The notes beneath the pieces were generated by a model. That model was not told where the DNA came from. It did not search any database and was given only the letters and a program-made list of their open reading frames with translations. Positions 22,158-33,619 of a DNA stretch of 42,281 nt are shown one piece after another. Numbering within the stretch: position 1 is the stretch's first letter; each line of letters begins with the position of its first letter. The stretch is from assembly GCA_009103225.1 (NCBI GenBank), contig RHPI01001020.1, positions 1 to 42,281 on the forward strand, read 5' to 3'. This stretch comes from Chlorokybus atmophyticus (taxonomy: Eukaryota; Plantae; Mesostigma and Chlorokybus algae). The position numbers and the translations under genes are program-made.

Positions 22158-24329
22158 CCTCTACCACTACACTGGGCAACCAATTGATGCTCGATACTAC
22201 TCCACAGCCAAGCTTCAATTGCCGCATGGCCTTAAGCCCGGCCTGCGAAGCTGCCCGCACAGGGCCCTTGCGTGCAGCACAGACGTGCAAGCAGCACAGA
22301 GGAGGGCAGAGAGTGGTGTGCTTGCTTGCCTGACCAAGACACGACAGGAACAGGACAGGCAAAGGCATGCAACGGTGTCTGGTGACGGGTTATGGCACGT
22401 GTGCCACGGCATGGCCAGTATCCCCGAATCCGCACAGGCCATCTGCTTCCTGTCGCCGCCACTTGCCCTTTTTTCCCCCCGCGCAAGGCGGGTGGCCCCG
22501 TGAGAGAAAAAAACCGGTACCTCACAGAGCCTGCCAGGCTTGTCACGCGAGCCCAGTAGCAGGCTGCTCCTAACTTAGTAAGTATATGCAGTGTGTACTA
22601 ACCCCGCAGAATGTGGTTGTTGCACTCGTCCTAAACTATTCCTAATCACTGGGGAAGTCGGTTGCTCCATTGTTTAATTGCTGCGCACGGGCGTGTGCCC
22701 CGCACGGGGCGTCCGTTGGTGGAGGCTTATGTGATAAGTTTAGGAAACAAGATTTAACTGGTATCGAAAGCTTTAACTGGTATGGCCTCAAGTCGCCGAA
22801 TGACTTATGAGAACCGAGTTGGGTCTCGATTCTGCCCTTCGAGTCGCTGCGATTGCACTACAGTACAGCGGTGCAAAAGGCAATGTGCATGAAGTAACAG
22901 TTTTGGGCTCCCCTCGCCCCAAGCAATCTAACCCTTGTGACAGCTGCCGTCGGCAGCCGTCCGCAAAAAGGGCCCGCATCTAATCATTGCTGTAGATTGC
23001 CTAGCAATGATAACAGTCGGCGCACTTGGTACCGCTTCCTAGGTGTGTGGTCTGCGCGTGCACTGACCTGCCTAGGCAGATAGGATACAACCATCATTGC
23101 GCCGAAGCACGCAGCCTAGTATTGTAGTGACAGTTGCTGGACAGTCGAGGCCAGGCTGGCCCAGCATCGCTGCTGCGTCCTTTCCGTAACGCAAACACCA
23201 ACATGACTCCGGAGTCATGCACAAATTGTTGGCATGCGTGCAGCACAATGCGCATGCCAACTTGTTTGCATGCGCACCATGCACCCGTATAACGCATCCA
23301 CAACATCAGAGCACGCAGAGTCTCATTACATTAATTGGTATAGCATAAGCGTATACCCAGGAAAGGCACACGTGTAGTTCATGTATGCATGATAATGTGA
23401 CAAGTGTTAGTGAATTTTTACTTGTTTTGCAGGGATTGATAGAAGCACAACCTTTTGAAGTTAATATTTTACATAATGTCAAACAATAATATTGTGTACT
23501 TGTTATGCAAATAACTTATGCATGATAATTGAGTTTTTCTTCTGTTACTTAAAAAATAATGTGTGCAATGCTAAGTTGCGCAAATATGCGTATTCCAATC
23601 AATATCAACATGTAAATTAAGCATGTGATTATGTTTGCGTTTGCGTTTACGTTTTTGCGGCTTTGCGGCAATGATTATTATTAGCATACATTGTTTTACA
23701 CATTTATGTAATGAAGACATCTTTGCAGCATGTCACAGCAATATACGACATGTAAGCATGCTGGTTGTGTTGCTTTAACAATACACCTTATTCAGTATGC
23801 TGAATATATGAGATGTTACTGCGCATGTGTATAAAACTTGTGGCAACATTACATATCAAGTTATTTGTATTGCCAAATACGTTATATAAGTGTTACGAAA
23901 TAAGCTGGTTAATGTAAATGCAAAATGGTTTCACATCAACATACACTGTGCCAATGTTTTACTACTTGGCTTACAATAGTGCGCAATGATACAACAGCTG
24001 AGAAAATCATTACATGCATGCATATGATAAGCTAAATTTTACAGCAATTCAATAAACCCATACATGAATGCATGCAATAATAAATAAAATAATATATTTT
24101 AATATACCCATATTCTAATACGCATATTCTAATACGCATATTCTAACATGTGTATATATTATATATTATATTTTTTATTATTCTTTTATTATTATTATTT
24201 TTCTTTCTTTACTAGTACATCTTCAAACGCAACACATATGCCAGCTCAAATAATGATACACACTGCTTCCATGCTATATGGCATCTAGCATAAAAGAGGA
24301 TGCAACATGTAGCTACTCCACATGTGACG

Positions 24330-24950
24330 GCAAAAAGCTGTTCTGCATCAGGGTTCCACGAAACCGAACCATGCCTGGTACAAACAACAGCGTCAGGGAG
24401 GCCGTGCCGGAAACCTGGTCCGATGAGAGATCCGCGCCAAGTATAGCGCGGATTGACCCTGATTCGCGAGCCATGGAAGTCCGCACCCCGGTACTCTCCT
24501 GGTGCGGACGGTCACCAATGCTGCGACCAGCCTAGGCGAGATATGTCGTCTCCCGCACCAGGCATAGCGCGGAGAGCTTGCCACCCGCAGTTATGAGCCG
24601 CAGACGTCCGCACCATGTATGGTTTGAAACACATTGCGCCAAGTATGGTTGGGAGTGTACGCCACCGGCAGTCTTAGGCCGCGGACGTCCGCTTCATCTG
24701 GGGTTGCGGCGTACATAATTGTTTACCAATTGAGAATGGGTTTGCACCTAGCTATAGGAATGCGATTAGTGTAGTGAATGATGACTTGCTGAAAAGCCCT
24801 TGCAATCCTGTCCTGGGTCTTTTCACGGACCCCGCGGAACGTACACACTGTACCCCGCGCGCCAAAAGTGCCTGGTCCGCGGGGGACGGACCGTTCCTGG
24901 TCCGTTCGGAGCCCCGAATGCTGGTGCGCAGTCGCGCACCAGACACAGTG
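24330..24950. repeat. GC-rich fragment related to the CACTA-like subterminal repeats
   Basis: Shares acgtccgc(a/g)ccat(gt/ac)atggtt, ttgcgccaa, atggttgggag and ccaaaagtgcct with 41960-42190, in the same orientation. Confidence 0.55.
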
Positions 24951-25699
24951 TAACCTCGCTAAGAGCATACTGTTTATCCTCAGCCATCTTATGCTCTTGG
25001 TGGGGTTATTCTCTGAGCGTTTAAGAGCATAATATGCTCTTGACTGCCAAGAGCATGAATATGCTATCAGCGGGTTTTTGTGTATCATACTTGTATCGCT
25101 TTAGCACGGTAAGCAATAAAGCTCAACAATGCCCATGTTGCTACATTTATGCTTGAATACCATACAATTGCGTTTGTTGCTGTAATCGGATGAATTCAAA
25201 CTACATTCTTGCAGTATTTGTATGATATGCAGCCAAGCTGCTGTAATTGTAACTCATTGTTCAATGCACAACTGAACTTGTCAATGGCTTGAGATGTGTT
25301 TGAGTTTGTTGACTTCTATGTATGATGCAAAGCATGCACGCACACTTGCATGTCTCATGCCTTGAGAATAATAAAAAGTTCGCATGTACATCAAACATCC
25401 TAGCCACTAGTCACCAACTACATGAGGGTCTTCGGCCGTTGCACTGGTGGTGGCTGCGTGCGATGTTGATGCCTCATTGCTCGAGGCATGAAAGAACTCG
25501 TGCAAGCGTGTCGTGTGCGAGGAGCCAAATAGCTAATGACGAATCACCACATTGCGGATGTGCCGCAACGCCAACTGTAGATGCTCAGGCATAAAGCAAT
25601 CACTGCCGGCGACGAAGGCCTCAACACCGTCCAAGTGCTGAAGACACACAAACGTCGTCACAACCGGCAGTGCGCACTCATCATCATATGCAATGTGTT

Positions 25700-28600
25700 A
25701 TGTGACAATCGTGAGAAGGAAAGCTACGTACGGTGTGCATAAACGCGTACACACCTTCCGCGTGATCGACGGTGTCGGTTGTCGGTGGAGTCATTGTCCC
25801 AACACTCATCAAAATGTCCTCGTTACATTGGCTAGCCTCAGTAGAAAGATGATCATCCGCCTCGACAAACTCCTCAGCGGAGAGCATGTGAGCACGCGGA
25901 ATGGGCAAACGCTGCATCATCTCACCCATGTCGTGTATCACCACGTGAATAATGCGCTCGGTGTCGGCGGGAGTGGCCTCATACCATTCCGTGAGGGTGA
26001 TGCCATTCTTCCTCCAGCAGTCGGCAATGGTTGTAGCAGTCAGCTCGTCCCACACCTCGCGATTCCACATGATGGCTTCACGAAGCTGCACCTTCACTTT
26101 ACTCAAGTCGAGGGTGGGGTCTGCATCATATTGGTGGAGAAGATGCTGCACAAGCTTCCTTTTGTACCTGCACATGAAGACCATCAACAACATAATGTAC
26201 ACCATGACAAACGCAGAGAAACAAGGGGGATTGGGGCGCCCCCCAACCTAAAAACTTTTAATACCTTGATAGAAATAAAGGCTCTGTTTGTTTATAACAC
26301 GGCATGTATTGTGACTAACCTGGCCTTGTATGCAACAACGATGCCAACATCCAAAGGTTGCACTCTGGATGTGGTGTTGGACGGAAGAAGTAGACACTTT
26401 ATGTGGCTTACGTCGCAAAATGTTTCCCCTGCCGGCCGACTGAATATTGGCAACGGCCGTGCACCTGAGGATACTCATTTGGACTGTCGACCTTCATTCT
26501 ACCGGCGATCTCGGTACAGGGACCTGAGCATAACGGCCGTCACCATTGGTTGGCGGCCGTTTGCATAAAGGGACTAACCTTAATTAATAGGTGCCTGTCA
26601 GGTACTCAACAGTTAAGCAAAGGGGACTTGACCTAAGTAACAGGTAACTGACCGGTACCTATCAGTTAGATACTGGCGACTGTACGCTAACTGAGCGAAA
26701 TTGTCAGGTACCTTAAAGTACCTACCGTTAATGATGTGTACCTTCAAAAGTACCTGTTGATACCGCTCAGCCATGATTAGGCGTCACACGTGATTATTGT
26801 CATTAGCTGTGTTAGAATGCGTAACGAATGGTAAAAAATGAAATAAGTAAATCACAATGTAATATACTGAGCTACTACCACTACTGCTACCACTACCACT
26901 ACTGCTACTACTACCTTAGGTACTACTGTTAGTACTACCCTTGTACTGCGCTGCGGCTCTTGCACCGCCCGCTTCAGCTCCGCCGCCGCCGTTCCTTCTC
27001 CGCCGCCGCTGCCGCCGCTTGGCCTGGTCGGGCCTAGCCTGGCCTGGGCTGGCCGCCTTAAGGCAAGGAGGGTGGTTAGATGGCATGCGGTGTTGCGCGT
27101 AGTACAACGTCAAACAGCAACCAAGCTCACCTACTATTAGCCGTTGCCACCGCTGCCGCCGCCGCCGCCCACAACGCTCTGTTCAACTTGAAGCCGTTGA
27201 GCCTTTAAAAAACTTGAGCGGCCCAAGTTATTCAAACGCGTTGTCAGAACGTGACTCGCAACGGCATTATCGTACTATTATAATGGTACGAAAGTACCAT
27301 TGTCGCAATGGCACTATCGTACTATTAGTATGGTACCATAGTGCCATTGCGACAATGGCACCATTCGTACCATTGACATAGTACGGCGGCTGCATTGTAC
27401 CAGCGTCTCGACTTGCCGGCCAGTACCACCGTCCCAACTTACCGGCGGTCACTTGCTTATCATACTTGACACACAATAAGTAGATCGCCGCCGCGTTAAT
27501 TGCACGACCGGCGATCGGCCGTCGCTTAATACGCGCGGTAAGGTCACCTGATAGGGAGTAACGGTGACTGGCATGCCAAAGTAGGCAGGCCGTCGCGCAT
27601 ACTTTTCGATGGTCAGGGTATGACCGACGATCGGTCGTCACAGTATGTAACCAAAACGTGACTTATCAGCTATACAGAAAGGTCGCCATCGCGCAAATGG
27701 GACGACCGACAATCGGCCATTACCTTAAAGTGCGGTGTTGCCGTCACAGGCAGGCCGCCGTCGATTGTACTTATCGTTCGACCGCTTGCCGTCGGTATAT
27801 GTTGCTTAATAGCAACGGCCGTCTTAAAAAGTCCCTTAATGGACCAATCCGTTACGTCAGGTAGAGTCAGGCACCCGTCAGGCACTCAGTCCCTTGTCAG
27901 TTACCATATAAAATTTGCGACGTGGAAGGGCATGGAAAAAGACTTCCGAACGCTGGCATTACTAGTAGTGACAGCGTTTGGAAGCCTTTTTCCATGCCCT
28001 GTTCTGCATACACGCAGGCATGCGTTGAGGAGTTGTCCATCAGCATCAAGATGTGGCGGTTCTGTAGCTTCATATCTAGATTAAAGGCACACAACCATTG
28101 GCTGAAGACCTATTGCAAGCATCACAACAGTGAGTGACATGTACAATCAATGCAGCTGCAGATACAGTTGCATGTGCACATGCACTCATCCGGAGTTCAT
28201 CCAAGCCTTCTTGTTGTAGTTGTAGTCAACGCAAATGCGGATTGGCGTCCAAGTGCTGCAAAAAGACTTCGAACGCTTATAGGTGCCAATGATGAGGACT
28301 GGTCGCTTTTTAGAAACGTCAGCGTTTATACACAAAACTGCCGTGATTCTGTCCTTCTCTCGCTTGCCCCCTCCAGCTTCCTCCGATGCAACTACTCATG
28401 TGCAACGCGGACGTGCTCTATAGATAACACCAACACTAACACTCCGCTCTCATCCATGTTCCATACAACAATAATGCGATATTTTGCTAGGATTAAAGGC
28501 AACCTACTACAAGCTGCATCCACACCGTTCGCATTTGCATCAGCTGCTTCGCCATGCACAGTTTTCGCAGCAAATGAATGACGCTTCTTGAAATGGTGCA

Positions 28601-28993
28601 CCAACCTTGCGAAACGTTGAACCCTGCTATGCCTAACCGGTTGGCAAAATCTAATGCTTTCTCCATCAACTGTGCATCAATGATCAACGCATTGCGTGCT
28701 CTGGCTTGTGCAAACCACTCATACAATCCATCTTCTAGCTTAGAATGAGCCCCAACCCGCATCCTTGTGTTTTTCGCCGCATGCTTGCCACCCACAGTCA
28801 ACGCATCGGCTATTTACTGTCGCTGTTTGTTGAGAAGTTTGGAGAGCAAACTCTACTTGATAGTGAACTTCAACTCAGTTCCAATAAGAGCAATCAACTC
28901 CGCTTGCTTAAGACTTTCATTAGCGTCACACAACTCAAAGATGCGCTGCTTGTCTTTCAGAGGAAGGTTATCACGCTTGATTTGTGCGGCCAT
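25700..28993 (-). mobile_element. pogo/Tigger-like DNA transposon, transposase pseudogene (CENP-B HTH + DDE_1), interrupted
   Basis: ATG at 28993 (MAAQIKRDNLPLKDKQRIF...), LEDGLYEWF...KALDFA, GW...FKKRH, WNMDESG, NKKAWMNS, RHILMLMDNSSTH, LPSNTTSRVQPLDVGIV and AIMWNREVWDE...TIADCWRK. It has premature stops, a frameshift, two introns and a nested insertion. Candidate ends CAGTGTAACCTCGC (24946) and gctaagttgcactg (~29230-29243) match only imperfectly. Confidence 0.88.
26411..27922. mobile_element. Non-coding 1.5-kb insertion with 9-10-bp terminal inverted repeats at a TA target
   Basis: Starts TA|CGTCGCAAA (26409-26419) and ends TTTGCGACG (27914-27922). Removing it together with the adjacent filler restores the in-frame transposase sequence GFQTLSLLSHIKCLLLPSNTT. 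Confidence 0.65.
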
Positions 28994-30142
28994 GCTGACC
29001 TATAACAACAATCACACACTACATTACTATCTGTGCATACACTGCATGTACGTGCATGCACTGCATGTGCGTTGGAAACCACTACTTGTTGGGCGCCAGC
29101 AGCGGCGCTGCAACAGCCGTAATCAGCTAGCCGCCCTGCAAGTTGAGCGGCATGCCCATCAACTATACCCCGCTCGCCGCCGCTGCCCCAGCCTGCGCCT
29201 CCTCACCGTCGTCCGAAGTGGCGGCGGTGATGCTTTGCGACGCTAAGTTGCACTGAGACACAGTGAATTAGATGCATTACGCCCATTATGCTCATCACGC
29301 TGTGCGCCCTATGCATCACTTTTGAACCCCCAATACAAGCATACCCTCACTCAAACTTACAACTTTTTCATGGAAAAAAATATCCTCTTCGTGGTTAGTT
29401 ATATTTTCTTGAGACGCACAATTTGCCTGTAGAACGTTTGGTAATCTCAATTTTTTTGATACTAACGGGGTTATTCTCTTGAAATGAATCCTTCTGATGG
29501 GGGTAGACTGTATTACATAGAACAGTACGCCGCACGATAACCGCGGCCCTGCCCTACCGCTACCATGAGTACTTACATAGGACACATAGAATAACGATTG
29601 TGCAAATATATATAGCTCTACTTATTAACAGGCCGCCCCGACTGCCGGAAAATGCTCCCCGACAGGTGGACAGCCGCAAATGGTCGGCGGCCAATCGACA
29701 GCCGGGCTGTATTTAAGCTGTAAGGGGCTGTGTGTGCAATGAACATAATTACTATGATTGCATGTGCACGAAGTTGCGATTATGTATTATACAAATGTGC
29801 TTTATACATGCATTAATGCATACATATGCATATACAAATATAAGTATGCATTGATGCATACATGTCGTTTAAACTTATGAATTACTGTATAATATAATAT
29901 CGATAATAAATGTAACTTTTGACGCACGCATCACCAAATAGTCATATGGTGGTTGTGCATGTTACAATATTATAGCATTAATATGTTGGTGAATTGTGCA
30001 AGTGTTGTACATTTACGCTATACATTGTATGTGTTATATAATACTACAAGTCTCATGCAATTTTAAACGCACACATATATACATATACTATTATATTTTG
30101 TATATGTATGTACATTTACATATGTATGTATGTATACATACC

Positions 30143-30600
30143 CATGTACATACATGTATACATCTATGTATGTGATTTATATTGTGATCATCTGTGTATG
30201 GATACATCTTTTAATTAAAAACGGCCTGTCACTGACAGCCCCTGGTAAGATTATCGGCACATTTGAACAGCCCCGGGCTGAGCCCCCTTGACCAAATGTT
30301 GTAATGTGCCATGGTGAATTACCATGGCAGCCGCCCAGTTGCGAATGTCCATTCATTCTCTATGTATACATATACATATATGTATATAAATATATGTACA
30401 TACATGTATACATCTATGTATGTGATGTATATTGTAATCATCTCTGTATGGATACGTTTTTAATAAGAAACGGCCTGTCATTAACAGCCCCTGGTAAGAT
30501 TACCGGCACATTTAAACAGCTCCAGGCTGAGCGCCCTTGACGGAATGTTGTATTTCAATTACCATGGCAGCCGCCCAGTTGCGACTGTCCATTCATTCTC
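30143..30600. repeat. Diverged two-copy tandem duplication, 250-bp period
   Basis: catctatgtatgtgat...acggcctgtca...cccctggtaagatt...cccttgac occurs at 30161 and 30411. aattaccatggcagccgcccagttgcga is also duplicated. Confidence 0.85.
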
Positions 30601-30761
30601 GAATTTGCTTAAAGTAATGCTGGTACAGCTTATGCATGTTTATAGCATGCACTGCATGGGCTCAGGCCTATGGGCATATCAATTGACAGTCGCCAAGCGG
30701 CCGTCAGCAGCATAGTTGCAAACTATCTATTGCAACTATTCCGCCGATCAGACCGGTACGT

Positions 30762-30834
30762 GCACTTGTAGCTTAGTGATTAGGGCGTCGTGTTCGTTAG
30801 CTAAAGGTAATGGGTTCGATCCTCAGTGGACGCA
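30762..30834 (+). pseudogene. tRNA-Thr(CGT)-like sequence (pseudo-tRNA or SINE head) with Pol III A and B boxes
   Basis: 73 nt with tRNA spacing: A box TAGCTTAGTGATT, D stem GCTT/GGGC, loop TTCGTTA (anticodon CGT) and B box GGTTCGATCC. The anticodon stem (TCGTG/GCTAA) and acceptor stem pair poorly, so it is not a functional tRNA. Confidence 0.7.
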
Positions 30835-30880
30835 TGTGTTCTTGGCTAATCATTTCAGAAACGCCGTGGCCTCATGCGCC

Positions 30881-33619
30881 AAACGATGGGTGTGGCGCCG
30901 TCGGCTTCAAGATCAAGGCACTTTTGGTGCATTCACTCTCGATATTAATTACAATGTACAAATGTTTCGGTTCAGAAACGCCGTGGCCTCATGCGCCAAA
31001 CGATGGGTGTGGCCGGCGCCGTCGGCTTCAAGATCAAGCCTTTTTGGTGCATTCACTCTCGATTTTAATTATAATGTACAAATGTTTCGGTTCATGGTCC
31101 GCTGGCCGAACCAGTGATAATGAATGTATCACAATTCTACGTTTTAATCCGTAGTCCGCTGCCCGGACGCTACCTGGTCTTGAACAAACGATGGGTGTGG
31201 CGCCGTCGGCTTCAAGATCAAGGCACTTTTGGTGCATTCACTCTCGATATTAATTACAATGTACAAATGTTTCGGTTCAGAAACGCCGTGGCCTCATGCG
31301 CCAAACGATGGGTGTGGCCGGCGCCGTCGGCTTCAAGATCAAGCCTTTTTGGTGCATTCACTCTCGATTTTAATTATAATGTACAAATGTTTCGGTTCAT
31401 GGTCCGCTGGCCGAACCAGTGATAATGAATGTATCACAATTCTACGTTTTAATCCGTAGTCCGCTGCCCGGACGCTACCTGGTCTTGAACAAACGATGGG
31501 TGTGGCGCCGTCGGCTTCAAGATCAAGGCACTTTTGGTGCATTCACTCTCGATATTAATTACAATGTACAAATGTTTCGGTTCAGAAACGCCGTGGCCTC
31601 ATGCGCCAAACGATGGGTGTGGCCGGCGCCGTCGGCTTCAAGATCAAGCCTTTTTGGTGCATTCACTCTCGATTTTAATTATAATGTACAAATGTTTCGG
31701 TTCATGGTCCGCTGGCCGAACCAGTGATAATGAATGTATCACAATTCTACGTTTTAATCCGTAGTCCGCTGCCCGGACGCTACCTGGTCTTGAACAAACG
31801 ATGGGTGTGGCGCCGTCGGCTTCAAGATCAAGGCACTTTTGGTGCATTCACTCTCGATATTAATTACAATGTACAAATGTTTCGGTTCAGAAACGCCGTG
31901 GCCTCATGCGCCAAACGATGGGTGTGGCCGGCGCCGTCGGCTTCAAGATCAAGCCTTTTTGGTGCATTCACTCTCGATTTTAATTATAATGTACAAATGT
32001 TTCGGTTCATGGTCCGCTGGCCGAACCAGTGATAATGAATGTATCACAATTCTACGTTTTAATCCGTAGTCCGCTGCCCGGACGCTACCTGGTCTTGAAC
32101 AAACGATGGGTGTGGCGCCGTCGGCTTCAAGATCAAGGCACTTTTGGTGCATTCACTCTCGATATTAATTACAATGTACAAATGTTTCGGTTCAGAAACG
32201 CCGTGGCCTCATGCGCCAAACGATGGGTGTGGCCGGCGCCGTCGGCTTCAAGATCAAGCCTTTTTGGTGCATTCACTCTCGATTTTAATTATAATGTACA
32301 AATGTTTCGGTTCATGGTCCGCTGGCCGAACCAGTGATAATGAATGTATCACAATTCTACGTTTTAATCCGTAGTCCGCTGCCCGGACGCTACCTGGTCT
32401 TGAACAAACGATGGGTGTGGCGCCGTCGGCTTCAAGATCAAGGCACTTTTGGTGCATTCACTCTCGATATTAATTACAATGTACAAATGTTTCGGTTCAG
32501 AAACGCCGTGGCCTCATGCGCCAAACGATGGGTGTGGCCGGCGCCGTCGGCTTCAAGATCAAGCCTTTTTGGTGCATTCACTCTCGATTTTAATTATAAT
32601 GTACAAATGTTTCGGTTCATGGTCCGCTGGCCGAACCAGTGATAATGAATGTATCACAATTCTACGTTTTAATCCGTAGTCCGCTGCCCGGACGCTACCT
32701 GGTCTTGAACAAACGATGGGTGTGGCGCCGTCGGCTTCAAGATCAAGGCACTTTTGGTGCATTCACTCTCGATATTAATTACAATGTACAAATGTTTCGG
32801 TTCAGAAACGCCGTGGCCTCATGCGCCAAACGATGGGTGTGGCCGGCGCCGTCGGCTTCAAGATCAAGCCTTTTTGGTGCATTCACTCTCGATTTTAATT
32901 ATAATGTACAAATGTTTCGGTTCATGGTCCGCTGGCCGAACCAGTGATAATGAATGTATCACAATTCTACGTTTTAATCCGTAGTCCGCTGCCCGGACGC
33001 TACCTGGTCTTGAACAAACGATGGGTGTGGCGCCGTCGGCTTCAAGATCAAGGCACTTTTGGTGCATTCACTCTCGATATTAATTACAATGTACAAATGT
33101 TTCGGTTCAGAAACGCCGTGGCCTCATGCGCCAAACGATGGGTGTGGCCGGCGCCGTCGGCTTCAAGATCAAGCCTTTTTGGTGCATTCACTCTCGATTT
33201 TAATTATAATGTACAAATGTTTCGGTTCATGGTCCGCTGGCCGAACCAGTGATAATGAATGTATCACAATTCTACGTTTTAATCCGTAGTCCGCTGCCCG
33301 GACGCTACCTGGTCTTGAACAAACGATGGGTGTGGCGCCGTCGGCTTCAAGATCAAGGCACTTTTGGTGCATTCACTCTCGATATTAATTACAATGTACA
33401 AATGTTTCGGTTCAGAAACGCCGTGGCCTCATGCGCCAAACGATGGGTGTGGCCGGCGCCGTCGGCTTCAAGATCAAGCCTTTTTGGTGCATTCACTCTC
33501 GATTTTAATTATAATGTACAAATGTTTCGGTTCATGGTCCGCTGGCCGAACCAGTGATAATGAATGTATCACAATTCTACGTTTTAATCCGTAGTCCGCT
33601 GCCCGGACGCTACCTGGTC
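30881..33619. repeat. Tandem array of nine 305-bp units, each an internal dimer (about 94-bp A + 23-bp S1 + about 97-bp A' + about 91-bp S2)
   Basis: Units start at 30881, 31186, 31491, 31796, 32101, 32406, 32711, 33016 and 33321. Identical ORF translations recur every 305 bp, and no unit-to-unit differences were seen by eye. Confidence 0.97.

Noticed and set aside
27955-27966. Helitron 3' end (hairpin + CTAG|T)
   Set aside because: The CTAG is the centre of a host-derived palindrome, there is no 5' A|TC start, and a TA duplication with short TIRs explains the junction better.
30762-30834. Functional tRNA-Thr gene
   Set aside because: The anticodon stem does not pair and the acceptor stem has several mismatches, so it is reported as a pseudo-tRNA.
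30881-31185. Hammerhead/retrozyme, HDV-like ribozyme or 5S rDNA interpretation of the ~300-bp unit
   Set aside because: No CTGANGA...GAAA core on either strand (closest is ctgaaccgaaac), no convincing HDV pairing, and no 5S similarity by eye. An Infernal/Rfam scan would be decisive.
30881-33619. CRISPR-like repeat-spacer reading of the array (A-S1-A'-S2)
   Set aside because: The spacers are identical in every unit, the repeats are about 95 bp, there are no cas genes, and the context is eukaryotic.
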